Positions 1 to 11,298 of a DNA stretch of 64,000 nt are shown here, one piece after another. The first letter of the stretch is position 1; the number at the start of each line of letters is the position of its first letter. Made by a program: the position numbers and the translations under genes. Under the pieces are notes generated by a model. The model was not told the origin of the DNA, made no database searches, and worked only from the letters and a program-made list of their open reading frames with translations. Origin of the DNA: an uncultured delta proteobacterium (GTDB lineage: Bacteria; Desulfobacterota; Binatia; Bin18); NCBI GenBank assembly GCA_963733195.1, contig CAVTCR010000076.1:1-64000 (forward strand), in the 5' to 3' direction.

Positions 1-50
1 TGAGGAGTGCGGTGATTTCCATGTTCTTAAAGAGGTTCACCTCGGCACTC

Positions 51-1265
51 AGTGGTCTTTCACATAAGATTTTGAACAAGAGAAACGAGTCCGGTATCCT
101 GTCGCCCTTAGCAGGAGGGAAGGATGCCGACGAAACAGGGCGTTGTCATACTCACCAAAGGGGAACGAAAAACATTAGAGGACTTTGTCGGCCACGGGAA
201 AAAGAGTGCGCGCGCGATTACCCGAGCGCGGATGTTACTGTTGTTGGACGAAGGACGGAACGAGCACGAACTCACCGAGCTTTGGGGGTATCACGTGGGA
301 CGGTGTACAACATCCACAAGAAGTATCAGCAGAAAGGCCATGCCTCCATTCTTGATCTGCTCCACGACGCGCCCCGGAGTGGGCGTCCGATTACACTGGA
401 TAGTCGGGTGGAAGCCAAGGTGACGATGATCGCCTGCAGTACCCCACCATCTGGCCGGAGCCGTTGGACACTCCAGTTGATTGCCGACAAGGTGGTGGAA
501 CTTGCGGTGACGGAGTCGATTTCCTATGAGAGCGTGCGGCGCATGCTAAAAAAAACAAACTCAAGCCGTGGTTAAGTGAGCAGTGGTGTATGGGTGATAT
601 TACCGGCGAGTACGTCTGGCATATGGAAGATGTCCTTCATCAATACCATCTCCCCTACGACGTCCGCCATCCGCTCATCTGCTTTGATGAACGGCCCTGC
701 TTTCTGATTGACGATGTCGGCGGGATTCTGCCCATGAGTCCCGGCAAAGCGAAGCGGTATCATTACGAATACCAAAAGAACGGGTCGTGTTGTGTGTTCC
801 TGGCGTTTGAGCCCCATACGGGCTTTCGCTATGTCGAGGTCCGAGAACGCCGCACCGCCAGTGACTATGCGCAATTCATGCAGACGCTACTCACTCAGCA
901 CTATCCCGAGGCCAACTCCATCCGCCTCGTGCAGGATAATCTCAATACCCACACGCCGGGCTCGTTCTATGAAGTCCTGCCGCCTGCTCAGGCCTTCGCC
1001 TTGGCGCAGAAGTTTGCGCTGCACTACACACCTAAGAAAGGCTCGTGGCTCAACATGGCGGAGATTGAATTTGCCGCGCTGTCCACTCAATGCTTGGATC
1101 GCCGGATTCCCGATCTGCCCACGTTACGCCGCGAAGTGCTCGCCTGGGCGGCGCAACGCAATGACGACCAGACAACCGTCGAGTGGAAATTCGCGCAACC
1201 CGAGGCGCGGAGGAAGTTGCACAGGCACTATGAAAAGGTACAGAAATTTTTGTGAAAGACCACTA
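51..1265 (+). mobile_element. IS630-family insertion sequence (copy 1)
   Basis: Terminal inverted repeats AGTGGTCTTTCACA (51-64) and TGTGAAAGACCACT (1251-1264), with TA at the right end; encloses HTH and DDE transposase ORFs. Confidence 0.9.
124..1255 (+). CDS. IS630 transposase (HTH orfA + DDE orfB, joined by a -1 frameshift at an A8 run; extra indel near 285)
   Basis: DAPRSGRP...RWTLQLIA HTH region; DERP, QDNLNTH and SWLNMAEIE DDE motifs; CTAAAAAAAACAAAC slippery site at 546-560. Confidence 0.9.
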
Positions 1266-1278
1266 AGGACAGCGGACG

Positions 1279-2113
1279 TTAGACCCTGGCCCCCTCAAAG
1301 AACGTGCGATTTTGCGGTTTGATCAGTGACACGATACTCCCCGAGCGTTTGATACTAACAGTGTCGCCTTGTTTGAGAGGATGGCCTTCTTGACCGTCAA
1401 GGGTCAGAATCACGTCCTCGTCCGCTGTACGGAGCACCACCTGAATGTTGGCCGTATCGGGAAGGACAATGGGGCGGTTGGTCAACGTGTGAGGGCAAAT
1501 CGGCGAGAGCACGACCACACCGACTGCACGGTGCAATGATCGGCCCGCCAGCGGCAAGTGAGTAGGCAGTGGATCCGGTAGGAGTCGCGACGATCAAGCC
1601 GTCTGCTTTATAGGTACACAAATAGTGATCATCAACCCAGGCTTCGAGGTCAATGATCCGTGCGAGCGCACCTTTATTAATGACCGCGTCATTGAAAACT
1701 TGGAACGACTCGATGGGTTCGCCATTACGTATTAAGGTCGTTTCGAGCAAGCTCCGCCGTTCGACCTCGTATTCCCCGGCGAGGACCTGCTCTAAGGTCG
1801 AAAATAACTCACTTGTTGTCGTACTGGTGAGAAACCCAAGCCGCCAAGATTGACCCCGAGAATCGGAACCTCGCGGGTGTTGGCACGCCGGGCGACACTG
1901 AGCAGCGTACCGTCACCGCCAAGGACAATAACGAGATCGGCTTGTTGCATGATCTCGACTTTACGCCAGCCGCGGGAGAAGCCGAGTTCCTGACTAGCTT
2001 TGATCTTCCGGTAGGATCGTTTTCTTTCGTGCATGTAACCACGTGACGAGTTCACGCCCGAGGGCGATTGTCTCTGGGGCGTTGCGTTTGAGGACAAGAC
2101 CAATAGTGTTCAT
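1279..2113 (-). CDS. nadK: NAD(+) kinase, frameshifted, C-terminus possibly truncated
   Basis: Pieces in different frames give [42 protein letters not shown] and [11 protein letters not shown]; start MNTIGLVLK at 2113. Confidence 0.85.
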
Positions 2114-2179
2114 GCTTGCTCCGTAGGAAATTACCCACTCTCCCTTTTGTGTCGGCTGTGGTTGGGTATAATGCGCCCC

Positions 2180-3531
2180 GTGTCAACCCGTGATGACGAT
2201 TTGTTTGCCCATAGTGCCGCAAAGGTGGCGGCCAAGAAAGCCCCACTGGCTGAGCGCATGCGTCCGCGCACGCTGGAGGAGTATGTCGGCCAGACCCGTG
2301 TGCTTGGTCCGGGCGCTTGCTGAAACAGATTATTGAACGGAAAACTGTTCCGTCGCTGATTCTCTGGGGACCTCCGGGCTGTGGGAAAACTACACTTGCG
2401 CATCTTTTGGCCAAGAACGTGCAAGCTCCATTCGTGGCTTTTTCTGCCGTGCTCTCTGGTGTCAAAGAGTTACGACAGATTCTCGATGAAGCCCAGGAAG
2501 AGCGACGACGCTCAAGCAAAGCCACGATCCTCCTGGTTGATGAGATTCATCGTTTCAACAAGGCCCAGCAAGATGCCTTCTTACCCCATGTCGAGAATGG
2601 GTTGATTACACTGATCGGAGCGACGACCGAGAATCCTTCGTTTGAAGTCATAGCTCCGCTACTGTCACGTGCTCGTGTGGTTGTGCTTGAAGCACTCGGG
2701 AGTGACGACCTAGTCTTGCTCTTGCGACGTGCACTGGCGGACGAGGAACGTGGTCTGGGCATACAGCACCTGACTGCAGACGATGAGGCGCTCGCGTTTA
2801 TTGCTCAGCACTCACAAGGAGATGCCCGGATTGCGCTCAATACGCTCGAAGTCACTGCGATGTTGGCCGCGCAGAAGGGAACTACGGCAATCGACCTCGC
2901 TCTGGCCGAGGAAGCAGCGCAGCACAAAGCGTTACTCTACGATAAAGGTGGTGAAGAGCACTACAACGTCATTTCTGCCTTTATCAAGAGCATGCGTGGC
3001 AGCGACCCTGATGCGGCAGTGTATTGGATGATGCGCATGGTGGAAGCAGGAGAGGACCCGTTGTTCATTGCGCGCCGTATGGTGATCTTTGCTGCCGAAG
3101 ACATTGGCAATGCCGATCCACATGCACTACCGTTGGCGATTGCCGCACGAGACGCCATACATTTCGTCGGTATGCCCGAAGCGCGTATTCCGATGGCACA
3201 AGCGGTGACATATTTGGCAACGGCACCGAAATCAAATGCTTCGTACAAGGCGATGTTGGCTGCTGCCGAAGATGTGAAGATGCACGGCCCGCTTCCGGTT
3301 CCACTACACTTACGCAATGCGCCGACCAAGCTAATGAAAGGACTTGGATACGGCAAAGGGTATCAATATGCTCACGACTATGAGGATACTGTGGTTGATC
3401 AGACGCATTTGCCCGACAAACTCAAAGAACGGCGGTATTATGCACCCAGCGAACGAGGGCAGGAGAAGGAAATTAAGGAGCGGATGAAGATGAGAGAAAG
3501 GAAAGAGAACGAATTAAGAGTGAAGAATTAA
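2180..3531 (+). CDS. rarA: Replication-associated recombination protein A (RarA/MgsA AAA+); one frameshift near 2315
   Basis: [17 protein letters not shown] upstream in a shifted frame; [46 protein letters not shown]. Confidence 0.93.
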
Positions 3532-3645
3532 AAATGAAAAATGAAGAATGAACAAGACAAAAATAGGAATCAGTATTTCTGACGTTCCTCATTTTTAATT
3601 CTTAACTTTTCATTCTTAATTGTTGAGAAAGAAGGGAGAGAGGAA

Positions 3646-4800
3646 ATGCAGTATTCAAATCCCGAACCATTCACCATCAATGTTCCTGACTCAGTATTGA
3701 CTGACCTGCGGGAACGACTCGATCGCGTGCGTTGGCCAGGAGAAGTGCCTGACACTGACTGGGAGTATGGTGCCAATCTCGCCTATATCAAACAGCTTGT
3801 TGAGTATTGGCGCACGAAGTACGACTGGCGCACGCACGAACGTGAACTCAATAAGTGGCCGCACTTCAAGGTGACCATTGACGGTCAACGCATTCATTAT
3901 ATTCACCAACGCGGTAAAGGTCCGAAGCCATTGCCGTTGATTATTTCGCACGGGTGGCCAGGGTCGATCTATGAATTCATGCAGGTCCTCGGTCCGCTGA
4001 CTGATCCTGCCGCGCATGGTGGTGACCCTGCCGACGCCTTTGATGTGATCGCGCCGTCACTGCCTGGGTATGGTTTTTCTGATCCGACTCACGAACGTAA
4101 AGTGAATGTCATTCGTATTGGCGAGTGGTTCGGTACGCTGATGAAAGACGTACTGGGCTACTCTCGATATGGAGCACAGGGTGGCGATTGGGGTGCGTTG
4201 GTGACCTCACGGTTAGGCTTCGCTTTTCCGCAGAATGTTGTCGGGATTCATCTGAATATGGTTGGTGTCGCTCCACATCCGGCCAATCGGCAGAATTTAT
4301 CTGCTGCTGAGCAAGCCTGGATCAAAGAGATGGACGCCTGGCGTGCAGAGGAGACGGGCTATCAAGGTATTCAGGGGACCAAACCGCAGACACTTGGTTA
4401 CGGGCTCAATGATTCCCCGGTCGGTCTGTGCGCCTGGATTGTTGAGAAGTTCCGCACGTGGAGTGATTGTAACGGCAATCCTGAAAACTCATACACAAAA
4501 GATCAATTATTGACCAATGTCATGATTTATTGGATTACGCAGACGATCAACTCTTCGACTCGACTGTATTATGAACAACGCCATCACCCATGGTTACTGA
4601 CGAAAGATGAGAGGATCACTGTCCCGGCCGGATTTGCGGTGTTTCCCAAAGAACTCGCGCGTCCACCACGCGAATGGGCAGAGCGTGCGTATAATGTGAA
4701 ACGCTGGACGCCGATGCCCTCGGGTGGTCACTTTGCCGCAATGGAGAAGCCGCAACTCTTGGTTGACGACATTCGTGCGTTTTTCCGCGGGTTGCGGTAG
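3646..4800 (+). CDS. Epoxide hydrolase (EHN + alpha/beta hydrolase)
   Basis: HGWPGS, PSLPGYGFS, QGGDWG, GGHFAAME motifs. Confidence 0.92.
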   Translation: MQYSNPEPFTINVPDSVLTDLRERLDRVRWPGEVPDTDWEYGANLAYIKQLVEYWRTKYDWRTHERELNKWPHFKVTIDGQRIHYIHQRGKGPKPLPLIISHGWPGSIYEFMQVLGPLTDPAAHGGDPADAFDVIAPSLPGYGFSDPTHERKVNVIRIGEWFGTLMKDVLGYSRYGAQGGDWGALVTSRLGFAFPQNVVGIHLNMVGVAPHPANRQNLSAAEQAWIKEMDAWRAEETGYQGIQGTKPQTLGYGLNDSPVGLCAWIVEKFRTWSDCNGNPENSYTKDQLLTNVMIYWITQTINSSTRLYYEQRHHPWLLTKDERITVPAGFAVFPKELARPPREWAERAYNVKRWTPMPSGGHFAAMEKPQLLVDDIRAFFRGLR

Positions 4801-4812
4801 TAGAATTGAGGC

Positions 4813-4863
4813 TTGACGAGGAAGCGCTTGCGTAATACAATACGCATAGAATGTATTACGCAA
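4813..4863 (+). promoter_or_regulatory. Sigma70-type promoter overlapped by a palindromic operator of the TA operon
   Basis: TTGACG (4813-4818)-N17-TACAAT (4836-4841); perfect 12-bp inverted repeat TTGCGTAATACA (4828-4839) / TGTATTACGCAA (4852-4863). Confidence 0.7.
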
Positions 4864-4873
4864 TGGAGATCTG

Positions 4874-5119
4874 ATGACTAAAAGCGTGCGCTTTGATGAT
4901 GAATTGGAAGCGAATCTCGAACGAGCGGCCCGATTTTAGGAGTTTCTCAGTCTGAGTTGATTCGCGAAGCAGTGACGAAACGCTGCGCGGAAGTGCTCGA
5001 CACCTTCGCTGGCTGAGAGAGTTGCCCCGGTTCTTGGCTGCATTCGAAGTTCTGGCGGTCGTGCGCGATCTACTGGCAGAGCGTTTCGACAACTCCTCGC
5101 ACGCCGGAAGGCATCATGA
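4874..5119 (+). CDS. Ribbon-helix-helix (CopG-like) antitoxin, frameshifted
   Basis: MTKSVRFDDELEANLERAA...GVSQSELIREAV in shifted frames; stop overlaps the PIN gene start (ATGA at 5116-5119). Confidence 0.7.
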
Positions 5120-5530
5120 TCCTGACAGATGCTGGGCCGCTGATTGCGTTGATCGATCGTGGTGAACCAGATCATGATGCCTGTGTTGCCTGTGTGTCGC
5201 GGTTTTCTGGCCCGATGCTGACCACCTGGCCTGCATTTACAGAAGCCATGTATCTGTTGGGAGAAGCAGGCGGCTGGCGTGCACAGGATGCACTGTGGAG
5301 TCTTAGTGGAAGACGGAGATCTGGAAATTGCCCAACAAGAGACAACTCAACGTCGGCGCATGCGGGCATTAATGGAGAAGTATAAGGATCGACCAATGGA
5401 TTTAGCGGATGCTTCGCTTGTGTGTCTTGCCGAGCAGCAAGGCGTCGTCGATATTTTTACTCTTGATCGACAAGATTTTTCAGTGTACCGCCTTCACGGT
5501 CGTCGAGCATTTCATGTCTGGCCTCCATAG
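5116..5530 (+). CDS. PIN-domain (VapC-like) toxin, one frameshift near 5305
   Basis: MILTDAGPLIAL...TEAMYLL then MDLADASLV...IFTLDRQDFSVYR. Confidence 0.85.
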
Positions 5531-5617
5531 CTAGCACAATGCTCTGTGTTGCGTTTCTTCTCCGATCTTTTACGAAAAGATACGATAAAGGAAATCAAAT
5601 CGAACAAAAGGGAATAT

Positions 5618-6877
5618 ATGCACCAGGCAACTGAATCACGCTATGACGTCCTCGTTAAAGACGACCGGATTCACGCAACACTGTACACCGATGCGCAGAT
5701 TTTTGAGGAAGAGCTAGAGAAGATTTTTTATAAAGGTTGGGTGTTCATTGGGCATGACAGTGAGATACCCAAGCCAGGAGATTTTCTCACCCGTTCTATT
5801 GGCCGCCAACCGGTGATTATGGTGCGTGGCAAAGATGGCACTATCTCTGTTCTGCTCAATCGCTGTGCTCATCGCGGCTCGACCGTCTGCACGGTCGAAC
5901 AAGGAAATGCCAAGGCATTTACCTGTCCCTATCATGGCTGGACGTATGATCTCGGCGGCAATTTGCTCAGTGTTTCTCACCCTGGTGGATTCGAGCAGAC
6001 GTTTGATAAGAGCAAGAACGGTTTGTTACGAGCGGCACGTATCGACAGCTATCGTGGGTTTATCTTCGCGTGTCTGAGCCCCACCGAAATTTCCTTAAGC
6101 GATCATTTGGGTATTGCCACCAAGCTTATTGATCGTGCGTGTGACCTTTCTCCCGAAGGAGAGATTGAACTCACTGCCGGTTGGATCCGACATCGTTATA
6201 GTGCCAACTGGAAGATGTTGCCGGAAAACGATACCGACGGATACCATCTGACTTTTACCCATGCCAGTTTTATGAAGGCGGTCAATTCCCAATACAATCT
6301 GTTTGCAGGCAACGAGAAAGATGTGCGTGCAGTACTGCGCGACTGGGGGAATGGACATACAGAGATTGACTGGGCTCCAGGTTACAAGCGACCATTCGAC
6401 TGGTTTGGTGGTGGTCCAGAAGGAAAGTTTGCGCGCTATCTATCAGTGATGGAGCAACGCTATGGCAAAGATGCGACGCAACAACGCGCCTTTGATGGCC
6501 CACCGCATGCGATCATTTTCCCTAACCTCTTCCTTGCTGAGATGAATATCGTGATTATGCAACCGGTCGGTGTGAATGCCTGCATCCAATGGCACACGCC
6601 AATGTTTCTCAAGGGCGTGCCGGAGTTCAATACACGGTTGTTGCGACAGAGCGAGGCGGCGATGGGGCCGGCGTCGTTCTTGACTTCCGATGATGCGACC
6701 ATTGCCAGCCGTAATCAGGTCGGCTTAGAAGCGCGTAATCCCGAATGGCTCGCCATCGGTCGAGGTCTGCACCGCGAAGAGGTGGATAGTGAAGGCCGCC
6801 GTGTGGCGCATCTGACTGACGAAACAACGAATCGTGCCTTTTGGAAACATTATCGAACGGTGATGACTGAGCGATAA
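5618..6877 (+). CDS. Aromatic ring-hydroxylating (Rieske) oxygenase alpha subunit
   Basis: Rieske CAHRG...CPYHGW; ANWK...ENDTDGYH...H mononuclear iron motif. Confidence 0.93.
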   Translation: MHQATESRYDVLVKDDRIHATLYTDAQIFEEELEKIFYKGWVFIGHDSEIPKPGDFLTRSIGRQPVIMVRGKDGTISVLLNRCAHRGSTVCTVEQGNAKAFTCPYHGWTYDLGGNLLSVSHPGGFEQTFDKSKNGLLRAARIDSYRGFIFACLSPTEISLSDHLGIATKLIDRACDLSPEGEIELTAGWIRHRYSANWKMLPENDTDGYHLTFTHASFMKAVNSQYNLFAGNEKDVRAVLRDWGNGHTEIDWAPGYKRPFDWFGGGPEGKFARYLSVMEQRYGKDATQQRAFDGPPHAIIFPNLFLAEMNIVIMQPVGVNACIQWHTPMFLKGVPEFNTRLLRQSEAAMGPASFLTSDDATIASRNQVGLEARNPEWLAIGRGLHREEVDSEGRRVAHLTDETTNRAFWKHYRTVMTER

Positions 6878-6889
6878 GCTCAGGATTTT

Positions 6890-6922
6890 CCTCTCCTTTT
6901 GGGAGAGGGCCAGGGTGAGGGC
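6890..6922. repeat. REP-like palindrome family B (CTCTCC...GGGAGAGGG...GGGTGAGGG)
   Basis: Same pattern recurs at 61413-61535. Confidence 0.5.
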
Positions 6923-7414
6923 ATGAATTCTGCTGCCGAATACAAAGCCGTTGAAGCATTCCTCTACAAAGAATCGCGGCTCGCTGACGAGTCGCGCTAC
7001 GACGAATGGGAAGCGTTATGGGAGGATGATGCGGTGTATTGGGTTCCGGCGACGACTCGCGAAGATGCCGATCCCAACCGTCACATCTCTCATATCTACG
7101 ACAATCGTGCACGCATCGCTACGCGTATTCGTCTTCTGAAAAGCGGGTTTCGTTATAGTCAGACACCGGCATCGTCAATGCGACGGTTAATTTCGAACAT
7201 CGAAGTCGAAAAAACTGGAACCGGTGAATTCGTCGTTGGGTCGAACTTTTTGCTTCTCGAACTCTCCATTCAGGCACAGCACGCAACCCATCTTTGGGGT
7301 GGGCGAACGATTCATCAATTGCGGTTGGTGAACGGCGAATTAAAGATGTTTGGTAAAAAGGTGATGCTGGTGAATGCTGGTGAGCCGATTACGAATCTCA
7401 CCTTTTTAATTTGA
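6923..7414 (+). CDS. Aromatic ring-hydroxylating oxygenase beta subunit
   Basis: FLYKESRLADESRYDEWEALW...YWVP, SQTPAS..RRLISN; follows the alpha subunit. Confidence 0.9.
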   Translation: MNSAAEYKAVEAFLYKESRLADESRYDEWEALWEDDAVYWVPATTREDADPNRHISHIYDNRARIATRIRLLKSGFRYSQTPASSMRRLISNIEVEKTGTGEFVVGSNFLLLELSIQAQHATHLWGGRTIHQLRLVNGELKMFGKKVMLVNAGEPITNLTFLI

Positions 7415-7428
7415 GCACGTAATTCGAA

Positions 7429-7794
7429 TCATGTCTCGTTTGGCGTAATTTCAAACGCGAAAATCTGCTTATACCAACCAATCCACTTGAAGACCTTAGC
7501 GAGGAAATACTTCCGTAAGAACAGGGGAATTACCTCGGTTCGTACCTGGTCATCTTCTCGCCATACGGCGGTGCCTTTGAAGGACGTATTAGCAATCTGC
7601 AATGACACTTGGGGATTTTTGCGTAGATTCTTCACCCATTGCGCATCTGAGCCACGGGCGGAAGTGACGTACACTTTCCCTTTACTTGCGTCAGTGGCGA
7701 ACCAAATTTTGACGGTATGCGGCTTGCCGCTTTTACGACCAAGGGCAGTGAGCTGCACGAGGGATTCGCGGTTCAGTGCTTGGAGGTCAAGCAT
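7429..7794 (-). CDS. Nitroreductase family deazaflavin (F420)-dependent oxidoreductase-like protein
   Basis: LTALGRKSGKPHTVKIWF...WVKNLRKNPQV signature. Confidence 0.75.
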   Translation of the reverse strand: MLDLQALNRESLVQLTALGRKSGKPHTVKIWFATDASKGKVYVTSARGSDAQWVKNLRKNPQVSLQIANTSFKGTAVWREDDQVRTEVIPLFLRKYFLAKVFKWIGWYKQIFAFEITPNET

Positions 7795-7839
7795 AGGAAG
7801 TCCTCAACTCTGCGAATGATTGAATGATTCTTTTTTGCC

Positions 7840-7957
7840 CCTTCGACTTTCCCCTCGACAAGCAGGGGGTATGCTCAAGGGTGAGGGGAGTTTTTCTGTT
7901 CACGCTTTTCCGTTCGTGCTGAGCGTAGCCTGAAAGGCGGAGTCGAAGTATGAACGG
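7840..7957. repeat. REP-like palindrome family A (CCGTTCGTGCTGAGCGTAG...GTCGAAG)
   Basis: CCGTTCGTGCT...AGTATGAACGG hairpin 7910-7957; 7840-7880 is close to the reverse complement of 63574-63613. Confidence 0.7.
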
Positions 7958-7973
7958 TTTATTCACAATTCAG

Positions 7974-9068
7974 CTAGAATCCCACAAACCGTTGCTCCTG
8001 GCTACGCAAACGACGCGGCTCAATCGTCACCGTTCGCTCTTCTGAGACGACTGTTTCTCCGATGTGCCAGGCGCGCACGTTATGATCCATGGCAATCTGG
8101 ATAACCTTGTCGGCATCAGCTTGAGCCACGATGACACAAAAACCGATGCCCATATTAAAGACTTGAAACATTTCCGCATCGCTGAGCTTTCCGACTTGCT
8201 GAATGACCGAGAAGACCGGCGGTATGGGTGGAAGGGTATGGATGCGGAAGCCAATAGGCTTCGCCGTGCGTATGAGATTGAAGAATCCGTCCCCAGTCAT
8301 GTGGGCGAGCGCGGTAATCTTGAGATTAGCGGCAAACATGGCCGTGACTTCAGGGACATAAATACGTGTCGGTTCAAGTAATTCCTCGCCGACAGTGCGG
8401 CCAAATTCTTGGATATAGCTATCAACTTTGAGTTCGGTATCCTTCAGTAACACCCGCCGCGCGAGTGAAAGACCATTGCTGTGAATACCGCTACTCGCCA
8501 GACCAATGACGATATCGCCAGGCTGGACATCTTCACCGACGATGACTTTATCAAGCGGCACGGTACCGATGGCAGTTCCGGCTAGGTCGAAACCACCGCC
8601 AGGCTGGACACCGCGAATCATGTCGCGCAGTTGGGCAATCTCACCACCTGAGATACTGACTCGTGCTTGTTGTGACCCGACAAACAGTCCTTTGCCAACC
8701 TCTCCCAATACCTCCGGGTGCAGTTCTTCCACTGCAATATAATCAACAAAGGAGATCGGGATCGCACCAACGCACAGCAGGTCGTTGACGTTCATCGCGA
8801 TGCAGTCGATGCCGACCGTATCATATTTTCCAAGCATTTCCGCAATCAGGAGTTTTGAGCCGACTCCATCAGTGGAAATAGCGATACCGATGTTTAGGCC
8901 GTCTACGCGGATAATGTTGGCAAAGTACCCAAGGGGGAGGTGGGGGCGCGCATGCGGATGAAGAGGAAAGGTGCGCTCTATCCAGGTCTTCAAGAGGGAC
9001 AAGCCAGCTTCAGCTTTGCTACTATCGACGCCGGACGCCGCATACCGTGGGTCTCGTGCTTGTGACAT
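7974..9068 (-). CDS. purM: Phosphoribosylformylglycinamidine cyclo-ligase (AIR synthetase)
   Basis: YAASGVD, STDGVGSK, DCIAMNVND, GGE, SSGIHSNG, AHMTGDG, FNMGIG. Confidence 0.93.
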   Translation of the reverse strand: MSQARDPRYAASGVDSSKAEAGLSLLKTWIERTFPLHPHARPHLPLGYFANIIRVDGLNIGIAISTDGVGSKLLIAEMLGKYDTVGIDCIAMNVNDLLCVGAIPISFVDYIAVEELHPEVLGEVGKGLFVGSQQARVSISGGEIAQLRDMIRGVQPGGGFDLAGTAIGTVPLDKVIVGEDVQPGDIVIGLASSGIHSNGLSLARRVLLKDTELKVDSYIQEFGRTVGEELLEPTRIYVPEVTAMFAANLKITALAHMTGDGFFNLIRTAKPIGFRIHTLPPIPPVFSVIQQVGKLSDAEMFQVFNMGIGFCVIVAQADADKVIQIAMDHNVRAWHIGETVVSEERTVTIEPRRLRSQEQRFVGF

Positions 9069-9342
9069 GATGCGCACTGGTTTAGCCAATCCACCTCCGG
9101 AAGGCAATGTCCAAGTAGGAGAGTAAGGGAAACGGATAAGGGATAAGGGGAAACGGGGAAAACAATCCCCCGAAGAAAGATATTCGTTCAGTGTTTCTGA
9201 TGAGACGAGATTGTGCTACGTAGAACAGAAGGCGCACGGCGGAAACGAATATAAAGAAGGCGGAGTAAGTCTAAAGTCTCAGATCTAAAGTTGAAAATCT
9301 TTCTACTGACTACGTGAATGTTGACTACTGACTACTAATTGT

Positions 9343-11298
9343 ATGTACGAATCGTTCTATGGCTTTCGTGATAATCCCTTCCGTCTGACACCTGACCCTG
9401 ATTACCTCTTCTTGAGTGCGAATCATCAGGAAGCGCTAGGCCATTTACTCTTTGGTGTGAAAGAGGGTGGCGGTGTTGTTGTCATTACTGGCGAGATTGG
9501 AGCAGGGAAAACCACTCTCCTTCGGACCTTAGTCCGCAACCTCGACGCCCAAACAACCGTTGCCTATATTTTTAACCCAGCGCTCTCTTCCTTGGAGCTG
9601 TTGCAGACCATCAATGCGGATTTAGGTTTGCTTTCGTCATCGACGAGTAAGAAGGAGCTGACTGACGAATTAAACCGTTTCTTGCTTGCGCAACAGGTCG
9701 CAGGCCGACGGACTGTGGTGATTGTTGATGAAGCTCAAGATCTTGAGCCTGCGGTGCTTGAGCAGCTTCGCTTGCTGTCCAACCTCGAAACCGAGCGTGC
9801 CAAACTCCTGCACATCGTTTTGGTCGGACAACCTGAACTCGCGGAGACGTTAGCCCGGCCGGATCTCGCACAACTTGATCAACGTGTGACCTTGCGATGG
9901 CATTTGAAACCCCTGCCGGTCGACGATACTGGGGGATATATTCGTCATCGCCTTCAGGTTGCTGGTGGTGGTCGGGCGCCCGTGGTGTTTACTCCAGGAG
10001 CAATCCGCTTGGTATACCAATTCTCCCGAGGAGTGCCGCGGCTGATTAACATCTTGTGTCATCGCGCACTGTTAGTCGCATACACGCAAGAAGAGCGAAA
10101 GATTGATTCCAACATCGTCCGTCAAGCGATGAAAGAACTCCGCCGCCACGGACAGGAGGTGCGTCAGTTTCTTTGGGGGCATTCACCGGCATTCAAAACT
10201 GTATCTGCGGTACTTCTTCTTGTAGTAATTGGGTTGTTGACGCTGCTCGCGACAAATCGTGGGTGGTTCTCCCGCGAGGCCGGTCCGCAAACGCAAGCCG
10301 CTCTCGGCCATGATGAGGAAAAGGAGTCCTCAGTAACAACTACCGGTACCAAGAGCGAGCCAGCCGAAGCGACGCTAAAGTCCATGCCTGATCCCTCTCA
10401 TTCACCACTTTCACAAAAGGGACCGCCAGATGCTCGTCCTGTGGGAGAAACAATGCCACCTATGACTGCATCCCCTGGACCGCAAGCAACCACAGTGACC
10501 CCTCCGTCAGCAGAGACACGACCACCAGGAGAAAGTGACGAAGTGCTTGTTGAGCAATTTCTTCACGATGTGCGCAACCTGAGCATGATTGATAGCGCCG
10601 TACGTGCGACTGAAGGATTGTTACAAGCCTGGAAAGTAGAGGGGTTGCAGGAGAAGGAGTGGCGTCGGGGAACACTTGATCTTGCCGCGATTACACGGGC
10701 GCGCCAGCTTGAGTACTTACCGCTGACGGGCAGCGCTAATCTGCTTTCCTTACTTGATCTGCCGATGATTATGGAACTCGTTGTTCCAGAGATTGAGAGT
10801 ACTCGATTTGTCTTGTTACTTGGGCTTTCTGGTGACCGCTGTCGTGTATTCCTTGACCGTGAGCGGGAGCTACCACTGCGTGTCTTGAACGACAATTGGT
10901 TCGGTAAGGGCTATGTGTTTTGGAAAGACTTTGAAGAGATTGGTGCTCCACTCACGATTGGGAGTGTTGGGCAGAACGTCCGACGTTTACATATGATGCT
11001 GACAAAAGTGCAGGGAACCAAAGACTCACCGGTTCCTGTCGCAGGGCGAGAAAACGTATTTAGTCGGCAGACAGAAGCGGCAGTTGCCCGTTTTCAACGT
11101 ACCAAGCGTCTCACTCCGGACGGGGTTGCTGGACCCCTCACCATGATCTTGCTCTATAATTCTCTCGCAACTTATATCCACCCTCGGCTTGGCGGAGGGA
11201 CAGAGTCTGCGCCAAGAGAGACGCCAGTTGCACTCAAAGGAACTGCTGTGCAAGTTCCTCAGGAAGGAAGAGTTCTCCCGTATGAGCACAATTCTTGA
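9343..11298 (+). CDS. exeA: ExeA/GspA-family AAA ATPase with TM segment and C-terminal peptidoglycan-binding domain
   Basis: MYESFYGFRDNPFRLTPDP, GEIGAGKT, DEAQ, VGQPEL, GVPRLIN; TEAAVARFQ...DGVAGPLT PG-binding motif. Confidence 0.85.
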   Translation: MYESFYGFRDNPFRLTPDPDYLFLSANHQEALGHLLFGVKEGGGVVVITGEIGAGKTTLLRTLVRNLDAQTTVAYIFNPALSSLELLQTINADLGLLSSSTSKKELTDELNRFLLAQQVAGRRTVVIVDEAQDLEPAVLEQLRLLSNLETERAKLLHIVLVGQPELAETLARPDLAQLDQRVTLRWHLKPLPVDDTGGYIRHRLQVAGGGRAPVVFTPGAIRLVYQFSRGVPRLINILCHRALLVAYTQEERKIDSNIVRQAMKELRRHGQEVRQFLWGHSPAFKTVSAVLLLVVIGLLTLLATNRGWFSREAGPQTQAALGHDEEKESSVTTTGTKSEPAEATLKSMPDPSHSPLSQKGPPDARPVGETMPPMTASPGPQATTVTPPSAETRPPGESDEVLVEQFLHDVRNLSMIDSAVRATEGLLQAWKVEGLQEKEWRRGTLDLAAITRARQLEYLPLTGSANLLSLLDLPMIMELVVPEIESTRFVLLLGLSGDRCRVFLDRERELPLRVLNDNWFGKGYVFWKDFEEIGAPLTIGSVGQNVRRLHMMLTKVQGTKDSPVPVAGRENVFSRQTEAAVARFQRTKRLTPDGVAGPLTMILLYNSLATYIHPRLGGGTESAPRETPVALKGTAVQVPQEGRVLPYEHNS

